Origin: Dehalococcoidia bacterium
Lineage (GTDB): Bacteria; Chloroflexota; Dehalococcoidia; Lucifugimonadales; UBA3495
Reading direction: 5' to 3'
DNA: 64,000 nucleotides
NCBI GenBank assembly: GCA_965261795.1
Contig: OZ253476.1
Span: forward strand, 4,052,771-4,116,770
The position numbers and the translations under genes were made by a program. Under the pieces are notes generated by a model. That model did no database searches and had not been told where the DNA came from. It saw nothing but the letters and a program-made list of their open reading frames with translations. This document shows, piece after piece, positions 47,640 through 57,156 of this stretch (positions are counted from its first letter, which is position 1; every line of letters starts with the position of its first letter).

Positions 47640-48116
47640 CTAGATCAGGATGCCCACGATTATGGCGGCGACGGCTATCGCGCCGGCGGCGGCGGTTATG
47701 CCTATGAGGATGTTCCGAGTCTTGCGCCATTCTTGACCCAAGGTTGCCACCGCTTGTTCCAGATTGGCTCGGGCGTCATCATTGATTGCTGTCTTGGCCG
47801 CAGCAAGGGCCACGTCGTATTGCTGTTGCTGTTCTTGTTTGGCCATTTCCAACGCCGCATCGTATTGTTGCTGCTGCTCTTGCTTCGCAGCTTCCAGAGC
47901 GGCTTCGTAGAATTGCCTCTGTTCTTCCCGAGCCACGGCTAAGGCTTCACTGATAGCATTGCCGGCGATCAAGGGGAGGTTCTCGTGGTCGGCGACATGG
48001 GCGGTGAGGAGTTCGTGCTGGCGAATGACCCTGGGAATGAGTTCCTGGTTGATTTTGTCCTGTTCTTCCCAGAAACGGACTCTATCGGCGATTGGAGTGG
48101 AATCCGGCGTAGTCAT
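47640..48116 (-). CDS. Hypothetical 158-aa tail-anchored coiled-coil protein
   Basis: Helical N-terminus, internal 15-aa tandem repeat (EAAKQEQQQQYDAAL / EMAKQEQQQQYDVAL), TM helix NILIGITAAAGAIAVAAIIVGILI at the extreme C-terminus. Confidence 0.55.
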   Translation of the reverse strand: MTTPDSTPIADRVRFWEEQDKINQELIPRVIRQHELLTAHVADHENLPLIAGNAISEALAVAREEQRQFYEAALEAAKQEQQQQYDAALEMAKQEQQQQYDVALAAAKTAINDDARANLEQAVATLGQEWRKTRNILIGITAAAGAIAVAAIIVGILI

Positions 48117-48241
48117 TCTGCTGGCCTCCTTTTGGCCCCCGGAAACCTACGACTGGGGTGATTTACACTTGTGCCGGGAGGGGCATCTCTGGATTGGGGA
48201 CGATGGGAGGGCGTTAGGTAAGGTGAAGGAGATAATGCGGG

Positions 48242-48538
48242 TCAATTTATCTTGAGGATCAAGACAACCAAGGTGGCGATAACGACAATAAGACTGCCGA
48301 TGATGCCGGCCCCGGCACCCAAGGCGGCAATGTAGAGTTTCCGGATTTCGCCGTTGACCTGAGCGAACTGGTTGTTGACTTGGGCGAAGCCTGTTTGCAT
48401 CTCTTCACGGAGCGCCCTAATCTCACCTCGCATATCCCGCATGTCTTCCCGAATTTCCTGTTGCCCGGTCTTCAGGTCTTCCACACTGGCTTCCAAGTAG
48501 CCCAGGATTCTTTCCGGGCTGCGTTCTTCGGTCGTCAT
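48242..48538 (-). CDS. Hypothetical 98-aa tail-anchored coiled-coil protein (XhlA/DUF1640-like architecture)
   Basis: Charged heptad-like N-terminus (EDLKTGQQEIREDMRDMRGEIRALREEMQ, FAQVNNQFAQVNGEI). C-terminal TM LYIAALGAGAGIIGSLIVVIATLVVLIL. Confidence 0.5.
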   Translation of the reverse strand: MTTEERSPERILGYLEASVEDLKTGQQEIREDMRDMRGEIRALREEMQTGFAQVNNQFAQVNGEIRKLYIAALGAGAGIIGSLIVVIATLVVLILKIN

Positions 48539-48640
48539 GCAGAGTTTCTCCCGTAAACTACCTTGCCGGATTGTAACACACGCCCATCGGAGACCTTACA
48601 CGCCTTTTGTCACTAAGTCCCAGTGACCGACCGGAATCTT

Positions 48641-49480
48641 TTAGAAAGGGTAGGGTTGCCCGCCGCCGACGGCCAATACCTGACCAGTAATATATGAAGC
48701 GTCGTGGGATGCAAGAAAGGCGATGGCGGCCGCCTGCTCGTCGGCCTCTCCGCGGCGGCCCATGGGAATTTCAGAAAGGCGGGTGGCGGCGCGGTACTCC
48801 GCTTGGTCGGCCTGCTCCTCCTCCGGTAACTCCGGGGCAGAAACATGGACGCCGTGGTCGCGGGGGGTGACCCGGTCGTCCGCCGCCGTGCCGCTGGGGG
48901 CGACGCAGTTGACGCGGATGCCAAGGTGGGCGACTTCCCGTGCCAACGAGGTAGTCAGGCCGATTTGCCCGGCCTTGGCCGCGGCGTAGGGGACGCGGAA
49001 GCGGCCGGTGACGGCGTGGGTGGCTATGTTGACGATTGACCCGGACCCCTGTTCGATCATGTAGGGCAGCGCGGCCCGGCAGCACCAGACGGCGGTCCAG
49101 AAGCTCCGGTCAATCTCGGCTTGTATCTGTTCGGGAGTGTAGTACTGGAAGGACTGGAACCAGATGGTGCCGCCCGCAATGTTGGCCAGCACGTCGATTC
49201 TGCCATAGGCTTCCATTGCCGTAGTCATAAGGGCTTCGGCGTTCTCCCACTTGGAGAGGTCACCCAAGGAGATTATGCAGGAGCCGCCGGACTCTCTGAT
49301 GCCGGCGCAGACCCTCTGGGAGGTTTCGGCTACCATGTCGCCGATGACGATGGATGCCCCTTCCTGGGCCAGCCTGCGGGCCGTGGCTGCGCCGATGCCC
49401 TGCCCCGCGCCGGTGATTACCGCGACCTGGCCCTCAAACCGCCTCGCGCCCGCGGCCTTGGGGTCCAATACTTCCGCCAT
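48641..49480 (-). CDS. Short-chain dehydrogenase/reductase (SDR)
   Basis: VAVITGAGQGIGAA (TGxxxGxG), NIAG and YAAAKAG (YxxxK). Confidence 0.85.
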   Translation of the reverse strand: MAEVLDPKAAGARRFEGQVAVITGAGQGIGAATARRLAQEGASIVIGDMVAETSQRVCAGIRESGGSCIISLGDLSKWENAEALMTTAMEAYGRIDVLANIAGGTIWFQSFQYYTPEQIQAEIDRSFWTAVWCCRAALPYMIEQGSGSIVNIATHAVTGRFRVPYAAAKAGQIGLTTSLAREVAHLGIRVNCVAPSGTAADDRVTPRDHGVHVSAPELPEEEQADQAEYRAATRLSEIPMGRRGEADEQAAAIAFLASHDASYITGQVLAVGGGQPYPF

Positions 49481-49506
49481 AGTGCCCTCACAAGTCTAAC
49501 GGTCGG

Positions 49507-50058
49507 CTAATGGTCGCTGAAAAGCGGGCCAACGGGGGTACTGAAACCGGGAAGCAGTTCCCCGCCCTTAAGCTCGTCGTCCGGGCCCAGCGTTATTGGG
49601 TCAACGCCGGGCCGGTAGACCGTGATAGTCACGGTTTCCGGGTCTGCCACCCAGACCTCCCGCGAGCCAAAATTGAGCCACATGACGGCCTTTTCGGCCA
49701 GTTCGCGCCGCGAATTGGTGGGCGATTTCACTTCGACTGCCAAGTCGGGGGCCAACTCAGGGTAGCCTTGCACACCTTGAGGGAGACGGCCCGGCGCAAA
49801 CCATGCCACGTCGGGCGCGCGCACGGTGTCAGGATTTCTTTCCAACCGGTATCCGGGATCCCCCGTCCTGGTAACTCCAAGTCCGCCGGAGCGAGTATAG
49901 CGGGTCAATTCGTAGAATACGTTGCCAACAGTAATACTGTGCGGGTCTCCGGCAGGCATCTTTTCAATCAATACTCCACGGACAAGCTCGTATCTTTTTC
50001 CGTCGTCCGGCATTTTCAGCAGCTCGTCGGCAGTGATCAATCTACGGGCGGTAGCCAT
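49507..50058 (-). CDS. Uma2-family (DUF820) endonuclease, second copy
   Basis: APDLAVEVKSPTNSRRELAEKAVMWLNFGSREVWVADP is the Uma2 signature. Confidence 0.75.
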   Translation of the reverse strand: MATARRLITADELLKMPDDGKRYELVRGVLIEKMPAGDPHSITVGNVFYELTRYTRSGGLGVTRTGDPGYRLERNPDTVRAPDVAWFAPGRLPQGVQGYPELAPDLAVEVKSPTNSRRELAEKAVMWLNFGSREVWVADPETVTITVYRPGVDPITLGPDDELKGGELLPGFSTPVGPLFSDH

Positions 50059-50116
50059 GTTGCCCTCACCGGTATTGTTGGGCTGGGGATTTCGGCCAAA
50101 GAACCGAAAGGCTGGG

Positions 50117-51982
50117 TCAGCGGGGCAGATGCTTGTTCACCCACTCCAACTCTTCCTCTGCGGTGTCAAAGTAGTCGAACCGGTGGAAGAGCTTGGTGCT
50201 GCCCCTCACCTTACGGATTTCGTTTCTCTTGGACTCGGTGCCGGACACATCCACCTCCAATGTTGACGGGTCAATGACCACACCGTAACGCTCGAGTGCG
50301 GCCTCGGTGGACACGAAGGCGTCTTTTACATCGTCGAGCACGAGGTTGGGCTCCCGTTCCAGCGGGTCTCCCCAGCCACCGCCGCCGCCGGTGTAGATGC
50401 GCACCAAGTCACCGCATTTCCAATGATTGTCGTCGGAGAAGGCTCGCACCTCCCGTTCCTCGGGTGTGCCGGGGTTCATCACCACTCTTGAGACACCACC
50501 GCCCATGCCGCCGGCTACTCCCCACGCGGGGAACAGATTGTTCTCCACGCGGAGGCCGAAAGTGCCCTCGTCGGCCAGCAGCCGCACGTCGCGCACCACG
50601 CCGCAGCCTCCCCGGAACTTTCCCGGGCCGCCGGAGTCGGTGGATATGGCGTATCGCTCTAACCTGAGCGGGTACTCCATCTCCATGAATTCCCCGGGGT
50701 AATTCTCGTTGTGCCGTTGGTAAATCGCGTCAAGCCCGTCGGAGAAGGGACGCGCGCCGTGGCCTACGGCGATTCCATCGGTGCAGAGCAGCCATGCGCC
50801 GGTGTCGCGGTCTTTCATCCTCCAATAAGCGATGACGTAGACCGCCGCTCCTGCCATGACCTTGCCGCCGGTGGCCTTGGCCACAACGGCCCGCACCGCA
50901 CTCTTCAGCTTGGTGAAGGTGTGGGCCCGGCAACCAAGAGCGGCGGGCCACTCCGGCAACAGGATGCTGCCTGACCTGAGTTGCACGTGGTCGATTCCCG
51001 CCAAGAGACCGTGGTTGGCCATCAGCGAAGAATCGAACTGGTGAAAGTACTGGCCGAAATACGCTTTCATGGCTCCGTCGCTGGCGATGAAGTTGATCGA
51101 GCCTTGGGCTTGGTCGTCGCTGCGGGTGGCGTCCAGAAGCACTTCATCGCCCTTGCGGCTCAACGCTATGTGGAAGGAGTGCCACTGGTCGCCGACTCCG
51201 GCGTGGTCCATGTAATCCCGGACGCCGTACTCGCCCTCTGGGATCATCTCCAAGGTCTTTTCCCGCACCAACCGAGCCGTGTCCGCTTGGTCCTGCTCGA
51301 TGGCGGCCAACATGGTGTTCTTTCCGAAGTGGTCGAACATCTCCAGCAACCGTTCCTGGGCACGCTGCGCGGCGGCCATCAATGCTCTGGAGTCGCCTTC
51401 CAGCAGGTCGGGGTAGCGAGAGTTTCGCAGGATGATGCGGTACGCCTCGTCGTTCAGCTTGCCGCCGTCGACTATCTTGATCGGCGGCACCAGCGTTCCG
51501 TCATGGAATATCTCGGTGTTGGCAGGGCCGATGCTGCCTGGACGCGCGCCGCCCAAGTCCCAGAAGTGGGCGAAGGAGTGACAATATGAGACCACTTCCC
51601 CCTCGTAGAACACCGGCGCGATGAACACCATGTCCGGCGTGTGGGTGACGCTCCCTTGGGACAAGTACGGGTCGTTGTACCAGTAGAGGTCTCCCGGACG
51701 CATGGACTCCGCGGGATAGTAGTCCCAGACGCACCCCAGGATGTCGCTGCCCATAGTCTCTCCGTAGACTTCCTGGCCCTTGGCGTCCAGGAAGCTGACG
51801 GTGTAGTCCTTCTTCTCCCGGATGAAGGCCGACATGGCGGTGCGTTCGATGATTAGTTCGCACTCCAGCCTCGCGGCTCGGAGTGACCCCCGAATTAACT
51901 GCCGGGTTACCGGGTCCACTATCTTGGGAGATGTCTCCGGCTTCTGTTGAGATGGATGGACCTTAGTCTGAGATGCCGTCAT
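50117..51982 (-). CDS. Hydantoinase B / oxoprolinase family protein
   Basis: 621 aa from ATG 51982 (GAGGG 6 nt upstream). DPVTRQLIRGSL...ERTAMSAFIRE..D N-terminus typical of HyuB. GGGGWGDP near the C-terminus. Confidence 0.85.
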   Translation of the reverse strand: MTASQTKVHPSQQKPETSPKIVDPVTRQLIRGSLRAARLECELIIERTAMSAFIREKKDYTVSFLDAKGQEVYGETMGSDILGCVWDYYPAESMRPGDLYWYNDPYLSQGSVTHTPDMVFIAPVFYEGEVVSYCHSFAHFWDLGGARPGSIGPANTEIFHDGTLVPPIKIVDGGKLNDEAYRIILRNSRYPDLLEGDSRALMAAAQRAQERLLEMFDHFGKNTMLAAIEQDQADTARLVREKTLEMIPEGEYGVRDYMDHAGVGDQWHSFHIALSRKGDEVLLDATRSDDQAQGSINFIASDGAMKAYFGQYFHQFDSSLMANHGLLAGIDHVQLRSGSILLPEWPAALGCRAHTFTKLKSAVRAVVAKATGGKVMAGAAVYVIAYWRMKDRDTGAWLLCTDGIAVGHGARPFSDGLDAIYQRHNENYPGEFMEMEYPLRLERYAISTDSGGPGKFRGGCGVVRDVRLLADEGTFGLRVENNLFPAWGVAGGMGGGVSRVVMNPGTPEEREVRAFSDDNHWKCGDLVRIYTGGGGGWGDPLEREPNLVLDDVKDAFVSTEAALERYGVVIDPSTLEVDVSGTESKRNEIRKVRGSTKLFHRFDYFDTAEEELEWVNKHLPR

Positions 51983-52022
51983 TCTTGTCCCTCGTTCGTG
52001 GAATCTAACACGTCGCGCCGCG

Positions 52023-54077
52023 TTACCGGGCGCGCATAACACAGTTGCCGTACTTGTCGATCTGGGCTTCCCACCCCGGGTTGATTACGACCGTGGCGTC
52101 CATGCCCTCCAGAATCGCAGGCCCGTCGAGTTTCGCTCCGGGGTACAAGCCGCTCCGGTTATAGATGGCGCACGGGACGAATCCATCGGACTCTTCAAAG
52201 TACACCTGCCGCCGTTCCAGGATGGCCTCATCGAGTGTACGGCTCTCGCCTTGAAGGGGCGGCATCTTGACCTGGCCTACCTGGCCCGACGCTGTTACCC
52301 TCAGCGTCACCATCTCGACAGGCTGTTCCAGTGAAAACCCGTATAGCTGTTGGTGACGCTGGTGAAACTCCTGCACCAGCGCTTCCAAGCCTTCCCGGTC
52401 CACTTGGGGATGCTGATACTGAACGGTCAACTCCGATCCTTGGTGGGCGTACCTGAGATCGGCGGAACGGCTCAGGTCGTGGCTGTCGGCGGGGACGCCT
52501 TCCTCTCGGAGCCAGTCCCGGCCCTCCCGCTCCAACTCGGCAAAGACGGTTGCCATGCCTTCCAAGTCGTAGTCCGGCGGGTGTTGCAGGAACGTCCGGG
52601 CGTAGTCGTTCTTGAATTCCGCGACCAGCAGCCCGTAGGCGGACGCTATTCCCGGATGCGGAGGCACCACGACCGTCTCAATGCCCAACAGGTTCGCCAC
52701 GTCAATGGCGTGCATTGGGCCCGCTCCGCCATACGCCACCAAGGCAAAGTCCCTGGGGTCGTGGCCCCGTTCCACGCTGATATTTCTAATCGCGCCGACC
52801 ATCGCGTTGTCGGCTATCTTCAGGATTCCGTTGGCGGCGGCCGGGACTCCCAGCCCCAGCCGCGACGCTATGGAATCTTCAATCGCTCTGGCCGCCGCGT
52901 CCGAGTCCAGCGTAAGTTGCCCTCCGGCAATCTCGGTGTTGACCCGCCCCAGCACCAGGTTTGCATCGGTGACGGTGGGGCGGGTGGCTCCCCTGCCGTA
53001 GCAGACCGGCCCGGGGTCGGCGCCGGCGCTGGCCGGGCCAACGGTAAGGCTGCCGTAGGGCGAGACCTCGGCGATGCTGCCTCCGCCGCATCCTATGGTG
53101 GCTATGTCCAGCATGGGCAGTTGGATGGGCCAGTCGCCCAGTTTGCCGTTCAGCGTCATGCCCGGCTCCCGCTGTTGTAAGAGCGAGACGTCGGTGCTGG
53201 TGCCGCCCATGTCAAAGGATATGCAGTTCTCAACACCTGTGGTCTCAGCTATCTGGAGCGTGGCCATCACCCCGGCGGCAGGCCCCGAGAGCGCCGTGTA
53301 GACCGGCTGCTTCACCGCGACGTCGGACCCGATGATGCCGCCGTTGGACTTCATTATTGAAAAGGCCGCGCTGGCTCCAAAGGAGAGGAGCGAGTTTTTG
53401 AGGTCGTCTATATAATTGCTCACCCTTGGCGTGACGTAGGCGTTCAGCACAGTGGTGATGGTGCGCTCGTACTCCCGGTATACCGCCAGGACTTCCGAGG
53501 ATAAGGATACGGCGGCGCCGGGAAGTTCCTCCAGCAGAATCTCCTTGGCTCGTTGCTCGTTGGCGGGGTTGGCATAGGAATGAAGGAAAGAGACGGCGAT
53601 TGAGGATACTCCGGCCTTCTCAAAATGGCGGGCGGCGTCCCGCACGGCCTGCTCGTCCAACGGTACGAGGACCTGGCCGTCGAAGCTTATGCGCTCGTTT
53701 ACCTCAAGGCAGTCCCTGGGACGGACGGGCCGCTCAGGCTTCACCCAAGTGTTGGGATTGGCCATTCGGGGCGTGCCGTGGCGGGCAATCTCCAGAACGA
53801 ACTTGAATCCCTCGGTTGTCAGCAGCCCTACGGGGGCGCCCTTGTTTTCCAGAACGGAATTGGTGGCGATGGTGGTGCCATGAAAAATATGGACCACCTC
53901 GGCGGGGCTGACGCCGTTGGTCGAAAGAATTTGGGCGAAGCCGGTCATAAACCCCACCGACGGGTCGCCTGGAGTGGACGGCGTCTTGTAAACCCACTGC
54001 TCGTTGGATTCGAGGTCGCAAAGGACAATGTCGGTAAACGTGCCGCCGACATCCACGGCTACGGCGTAGGCTCCCAT
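52023..54077 (-). CDS. Hydantoinase A / oxoprolinase family protein
   Basis: 684 aa. VAVDVGGTFTDIV start, FDMGGTSTDV, and GGAGPMHA (ASKHA-fold ATPase motifs). Confidence 0.85.
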   Translation of the reverse strand: MGAYAVAVDVGGTFTDIVLCDLESNEQWVYKTPSTPGDPSVGFMTGFAQILSTNGVSPAEVVHIFHGTTIATNSVLENKGAPVGLLTTEGFKFVLEIARHGTPRMANPNTWVKPERPVRPRDCLEVNERISFDGQVLVPLDEQAVRDAARHFEKAGVSSIAVSFLHSYANPANEQRAKEILLEELPGAAVSLSSEVLAVYREYERTITTVLNAYVTPRVSNYIDDLKNSLLSFGASAAFSIMKSNGGIIGSDVAVKQPVYTALSGPAAGVMATLQIAETTGVENCISFDMGGTSTDVSLLQQREPGMTLNGKLGDWPIQLPMLDIATIGCGGGSIAEVSPYGSLTVGPASAGADPGPVCYGRGATRPTVTDANLVLGRVNTEIAGGQLTLDSDAAARAIEDSIASRLGLGVPAAANGILKIADNAMVGAIRNISVERGHDPRDFALVAYGGAGPMHAIDVANLLGIETVVVPPHPGIASAYGLLVAEFKNDYARTFLQHPPDYDLEGMATVFAELEREGRDWLREEGVPADSHDLSRSADLRYAHQGSELTVQYQHPQVDREGLEALVQEFHQRHQQLYGFSLEQPVEMVTLRVTASGQVGQVKMPPLQGESRTLDEAILERRQVYFEESDGFVPCAIYNRSGLYPGAKLDGPAILEGMDATVVINPGWEAQIDKYGNCVMRAR

Positions 54078-54109
54078 AAACCTTTCCTAGTTGATGCAAA
54101 GTTTATATG

Positions 54110-54631
54110 CTAATGGTTACTGAAATCGTTATAGCGTGTCTTCAGTGCGTAAGCTGCATATACCTCGAACATGGCTTGTTCATATTGGTCCCTTACCTCA
54201 ACCACCCGGACTTGCATCTTACTAATCCGTTTTTTCTGCAAGTTGAAGTCTTGAAGAATCTCCCCTTTTAATAGCTTCTCTTTGGTCAGGATCACTTCCT
54301 TGGTTAGCGACCCTATCTCAATCGTAGCTTTTTTGTTGGGGCCCATTTGCAAAGCTGGCTCCCACCAACAAGGCCCTTTCCAGATACAGTAGTTGTCCCG
54401 TGTAAGGATGAAGGCGAAAGCAGCCGACGCAGAGACCGCACGTGCGCGACTGTGAGTTTGGATCCGCGTCCTTAGACTATTTGAACGACCCACGTACATG
54501 GGATTGTCATTCTTGTAGAAAACGTAGATACCCTTCTTGGGAATGTTCTTTAGCTGATCCCTGTTTAACATTTCGCTGTTTATGAGTTGCCGATAAAGGC
54601 CAGCCATTTTGTTGTCAAACTTTGGGACCAT
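54110..54631 (-). CDS. GIY-YIG nuclease-domain protein, low-G+C insertion
   Basis: KGIYVFYKNDNPMYVGRSNSLRTRIQTH (GIY...YVG...R) and downstream FEVYAAYALKTRYN (E...N). Markedly AT-richer than its neighbours by eye. Stop codon is 32 nt upstream of the hyuA start. Confidence 0.6.
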   Translation of the reverse strand: MVPKFDNKMAGLYRQLINSEMLNRDQLKNIPKKGIYVFYKNDNPMYVGRSNSLRTRIQTHSRARAVSASAAFAFILTRDNYCIWKGPCWWEPALQMGPNKKATIEIGSLTKEVILTKEKLLKGEILQDFNLQKKRISKMQVRVVEVRDQYEQAMFEVYAAYALKTRYNDFSNH

Positions 54632-54840
54632 ACCATTTCCCTCCGCAACTCTGACTCCGATTGTAGCATCTTACCTCGGCGTAGGGACGACCGGGAATTT
54701 GACCGCCCACGCCGCCACTTGCCAGGAATTCCGCCAAAGGGGAGATTCTGTTACCTTAGAGGATGAAATGGCGCAGGGCGAATTAGCCTCAGTCCTGCAT
54801 TGACTATACGTAGGGTCTCGCCTTTGCGCCGGGAGGAATT

Positions 54841-55851
54841 ATGGCCGAGCCAACGATGGAACAGTGGCGCGACCTGTACGCGGCGTTCAAGGAGTACTGC
54901 GAAGCTGCGCCCTGGGGGTGGCTGGAAGACAGCGACCTTATAACCATTGAGCACCCGTCGGGAGCGTATAAGGGTTACTGCGCCGTCATGGGAGCCGGGG
55001 GCATAAACTACGGTCTGGCCGTTTACATAGGCAACCAGGGACTGGCGGGATACATGAGGCTGATGACGGGAGTTGTAGACTACGAATCGGAGGATGTACT
55101 ATACGAGATGAACTGCATATCGGCGTTGCTTGCCGACCGGGAGCACCTGGACCGGCCCGACCGCGACGTCATTCGCAACTTGGGCCTCCGGTTCAGGGGC
55201 CGGGGCAGATGGCCTATGTTTCGCAGCACCGTGCCGGGCTACCTGCCGTGGTACTTGGACTCGGATGAGGTGGTCTTTCTGACCCAAGCATTGAAATACG
55301 TGGCGGAGGTTGCTTCAGGAGCAGGACGCGGACCGGCTGTCTATCCGGTAAGCGACTCCGGAATCATCCTGCCCCGCGAATTCCGGGACGGCGCATGGCA
55401 AGACTCATTGGACCTATTGGAATTGTCCCGACGGCCTCAGCCGGTCTTTGAATACCCTGACCAAGAGCGGCTCCAAAGGCTGGCCCAGTCGGAGGTCATG
55501 AGTTCACGAGTCTGGGAGATGGACATTTTCCATATCGGTGCACCGGTACAGGATAAGAAAGGGGAGCGGCCTTACTTTCCATCAATGTTCCTTGTGGTGG
55601 ACAGCAATTCTGCAATGGTGCTGAAAGTGGACTTTCTGGGGGCGAATCCACCGGCGGTCGAGCGCCAAGATGCGATGGTCGAGTTTCTTGAGAATGTGGC
55701 CTCGCTTCCGTCCGAGATAATAGTCAACTCAACAGACGTAGCCGGTTGGCTCGGACCGGTCACCGGGGGAGTTGGCATCAAGCTCACTCTGGATGATACC
55801 CCGGTCCTGGACGGAACATTAGAAGAGTTGATGGGGTTCGTGGAAAAGTAG
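54841..55851 (+). CDS. Conserved-looking hypothetical protein, 336 aa
   Basis: Long ORF with native-like composition. No motif I can name with confidence. Confidence 0.5.
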   Translation: MAEPTMEQWRDLYAAFKEYCEAAPWGWLEDSDLITIEHPSGAYKGYCAVMGAGGINYGLAVYIGNQGLAGYMRLMTGVVDYESEDVLYEMNCISALLADREHLDRPDRDVIRNLGLRFRGRGRWPMFRSTVPGYLPWYLDSDEVVFLTQALKYVAEVASGAGRGPAVYPVSDSGIILPREFRDGAWQDSLDLLELSRRPQPVFEYPDQERLQRLAQSEVMSSRVWEMDIFHIGAPVQDKKGERPYFPSMFLVVDSNSAMVLKVDFLGANPPAVERQDAMVEFLENVASLPSEIIVNSTDVAGWLGPVTGGVGIKLTLDDTPVLDGTLEELMGFVEK

Positions 55852-55951
55852 TTCCCCTCATTAACGCTAATGCGCAGTCCACATTCTCTTGGACAAGGGC
55901 GGACGCTTTGCCCGCCCCTCTCAATTCATCCGAACAACGTCCCGTAAACAA

Positions 55952-56920
55952 TCAGTTGGGGGTCCAAGCCAAGGCCCGTACCTCGGTGAACTCCTTCTTC
56001 AGCTTCTCCCAGGAGTCGCCGCCGTCGTTGGTCCGGTACAGCTCGCCGTAAACGCTGTTGGCCAGGATCAAGTTGGGGTCGGCGGGATTGGTGGCGAAGT
56101 TCCAGACCGGCGAGTTGGGTTCCACGGGCAAGGGACGAGTCTCCCACGACTGCCCGCCGTCAGTGGAACGCTGAATCGTGCCGGTGTTCCCGATGGCGGC
56201 GTCCCCGTTGGCCGCGAACAACACCCTCGGGTCATCCTCTTTAACGGCCACCCAGCGGCAATAGGGCATGGGGAAGTTGCTGGTCTCTATCAAGGATTGG
56301 AAGGTCTCGCCGTCGTCCTGGCTGGCGAAAATCTCACGGGGTGTGCTGACCAGCACGGTCTTTTGTTCGCCAACGCTGAAAGCCATGCCGTGGATGTCAG
56401 GGTTGGTAATGCCGGTGTCTACGTGGGCCCAAGTGTCGCCGCCGTCCCGGCTGCGGTAAACGCCGTCGATTTCCACGCCGGCCAGCACTGTGCCCCGGTC
56501 AACCGGGTCAACCAGCATGGCGGTCACCCGAGGAGACCCGATGGCGCATTCCTGCGCTATCGCGGTCGACAGCTTCTCCCAGTTCTTGCCGCCGTCGCGG
56601 GACCGGAACACGTAAGGCGGGCTGGTCCCCGCAAAGATGGTCTCAGAGTCGCCGGGGTCTATGGCGATGGACCAGATGTTAAGTCCTTCCATGGGAGAGT
56701 CCAGCTTGACCCAGTTATCGCCGGCGTCCTCGCTGCGGTAGATGCCGTTGTTGGACCCCGCGTACACTACATTGGGGTTTTGCGGATCAACTGCCAAGGC
56801 CCGGATCTGCGACTCGCCGGGGAACGGATTGCCTGCCCTGCTCCAAGTGTTGCCGGAGTCGAGACTGCGGAACAGCCCGGCGCCGGTGGTGCCCACCAGG
56901 ATGCTGTAGTTTCCTGCCAT
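55952..56920 (-). CDS. BNR/Asp-box repeat beta-propeller protein (sialidase/Ycf48-like fold)
   Basis: Seven Asp-boxes: SLDSGNTW, SEDAGDNW, SRDGGKNW, SRDGGDTW, SQDDGETF, STDGGQSW, TNDGGDSW. Start at ATG 56920, preceded by AAGGAG. Confidence 0.75.
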   Translation of the reverse strand: MAGNYSILVGTTGAGLFRSLDSGNTWSRAGNPFPGESQIRALAVDPQNPNVVYAGSNNGIYRSEDAGDNWVKLDSPMEGLNIWSIAIDPGDSETIFAGTSPPYVFRSRDGGKNWEKLSTAIAQECAIGSPRVTAMLVDPVDRGTVLAGVEIDGVYRSRDGGDTWAHVDTGITNPDIHGMAFSVGEQKTVLVSTPREIFASQDDGETFQSLIETSNFPMPYCRWVAVKEDDPRVLFAANGDAAIGNTGTIQRSTDGGQSWETRPLPVEPNSPVWNFATNPADPNLILANSVYGELYRTNDGGDSWEKLKKEFTEVRALAWTPN

Positions 56921-57092
56921 CGTCTTAATCTCCTTGCATCGATTTCGTCTCGGTTGACCGCGCCGCACAGATTATCTGCGCCGCCACCAATAGGTTGCAG
57001 GCAATATACACCAAGGGGTAGGACGATTGTCAATCTGGACTTGTCAAACCGGGGGGCAAAGCCCTACACAAAGTCAGGACGGGTCCACCGCG

Positions 57093-57124
57093 TAAAACGC
57101 CGACTCGGCTCCTTTGTGCCGAGT
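57093..57124 (-). terminator. Candidate intrinsic terminator after the scramblase-like gene
   Basis: Minus strand reads actcggc-acaaagga-gccgagt followed by cggcgtttta. Confidence 0.4.
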
Positions 57125-57156
57125 TTCTTGGAGACGCTGGGAGGGAGGCCCCTTAA

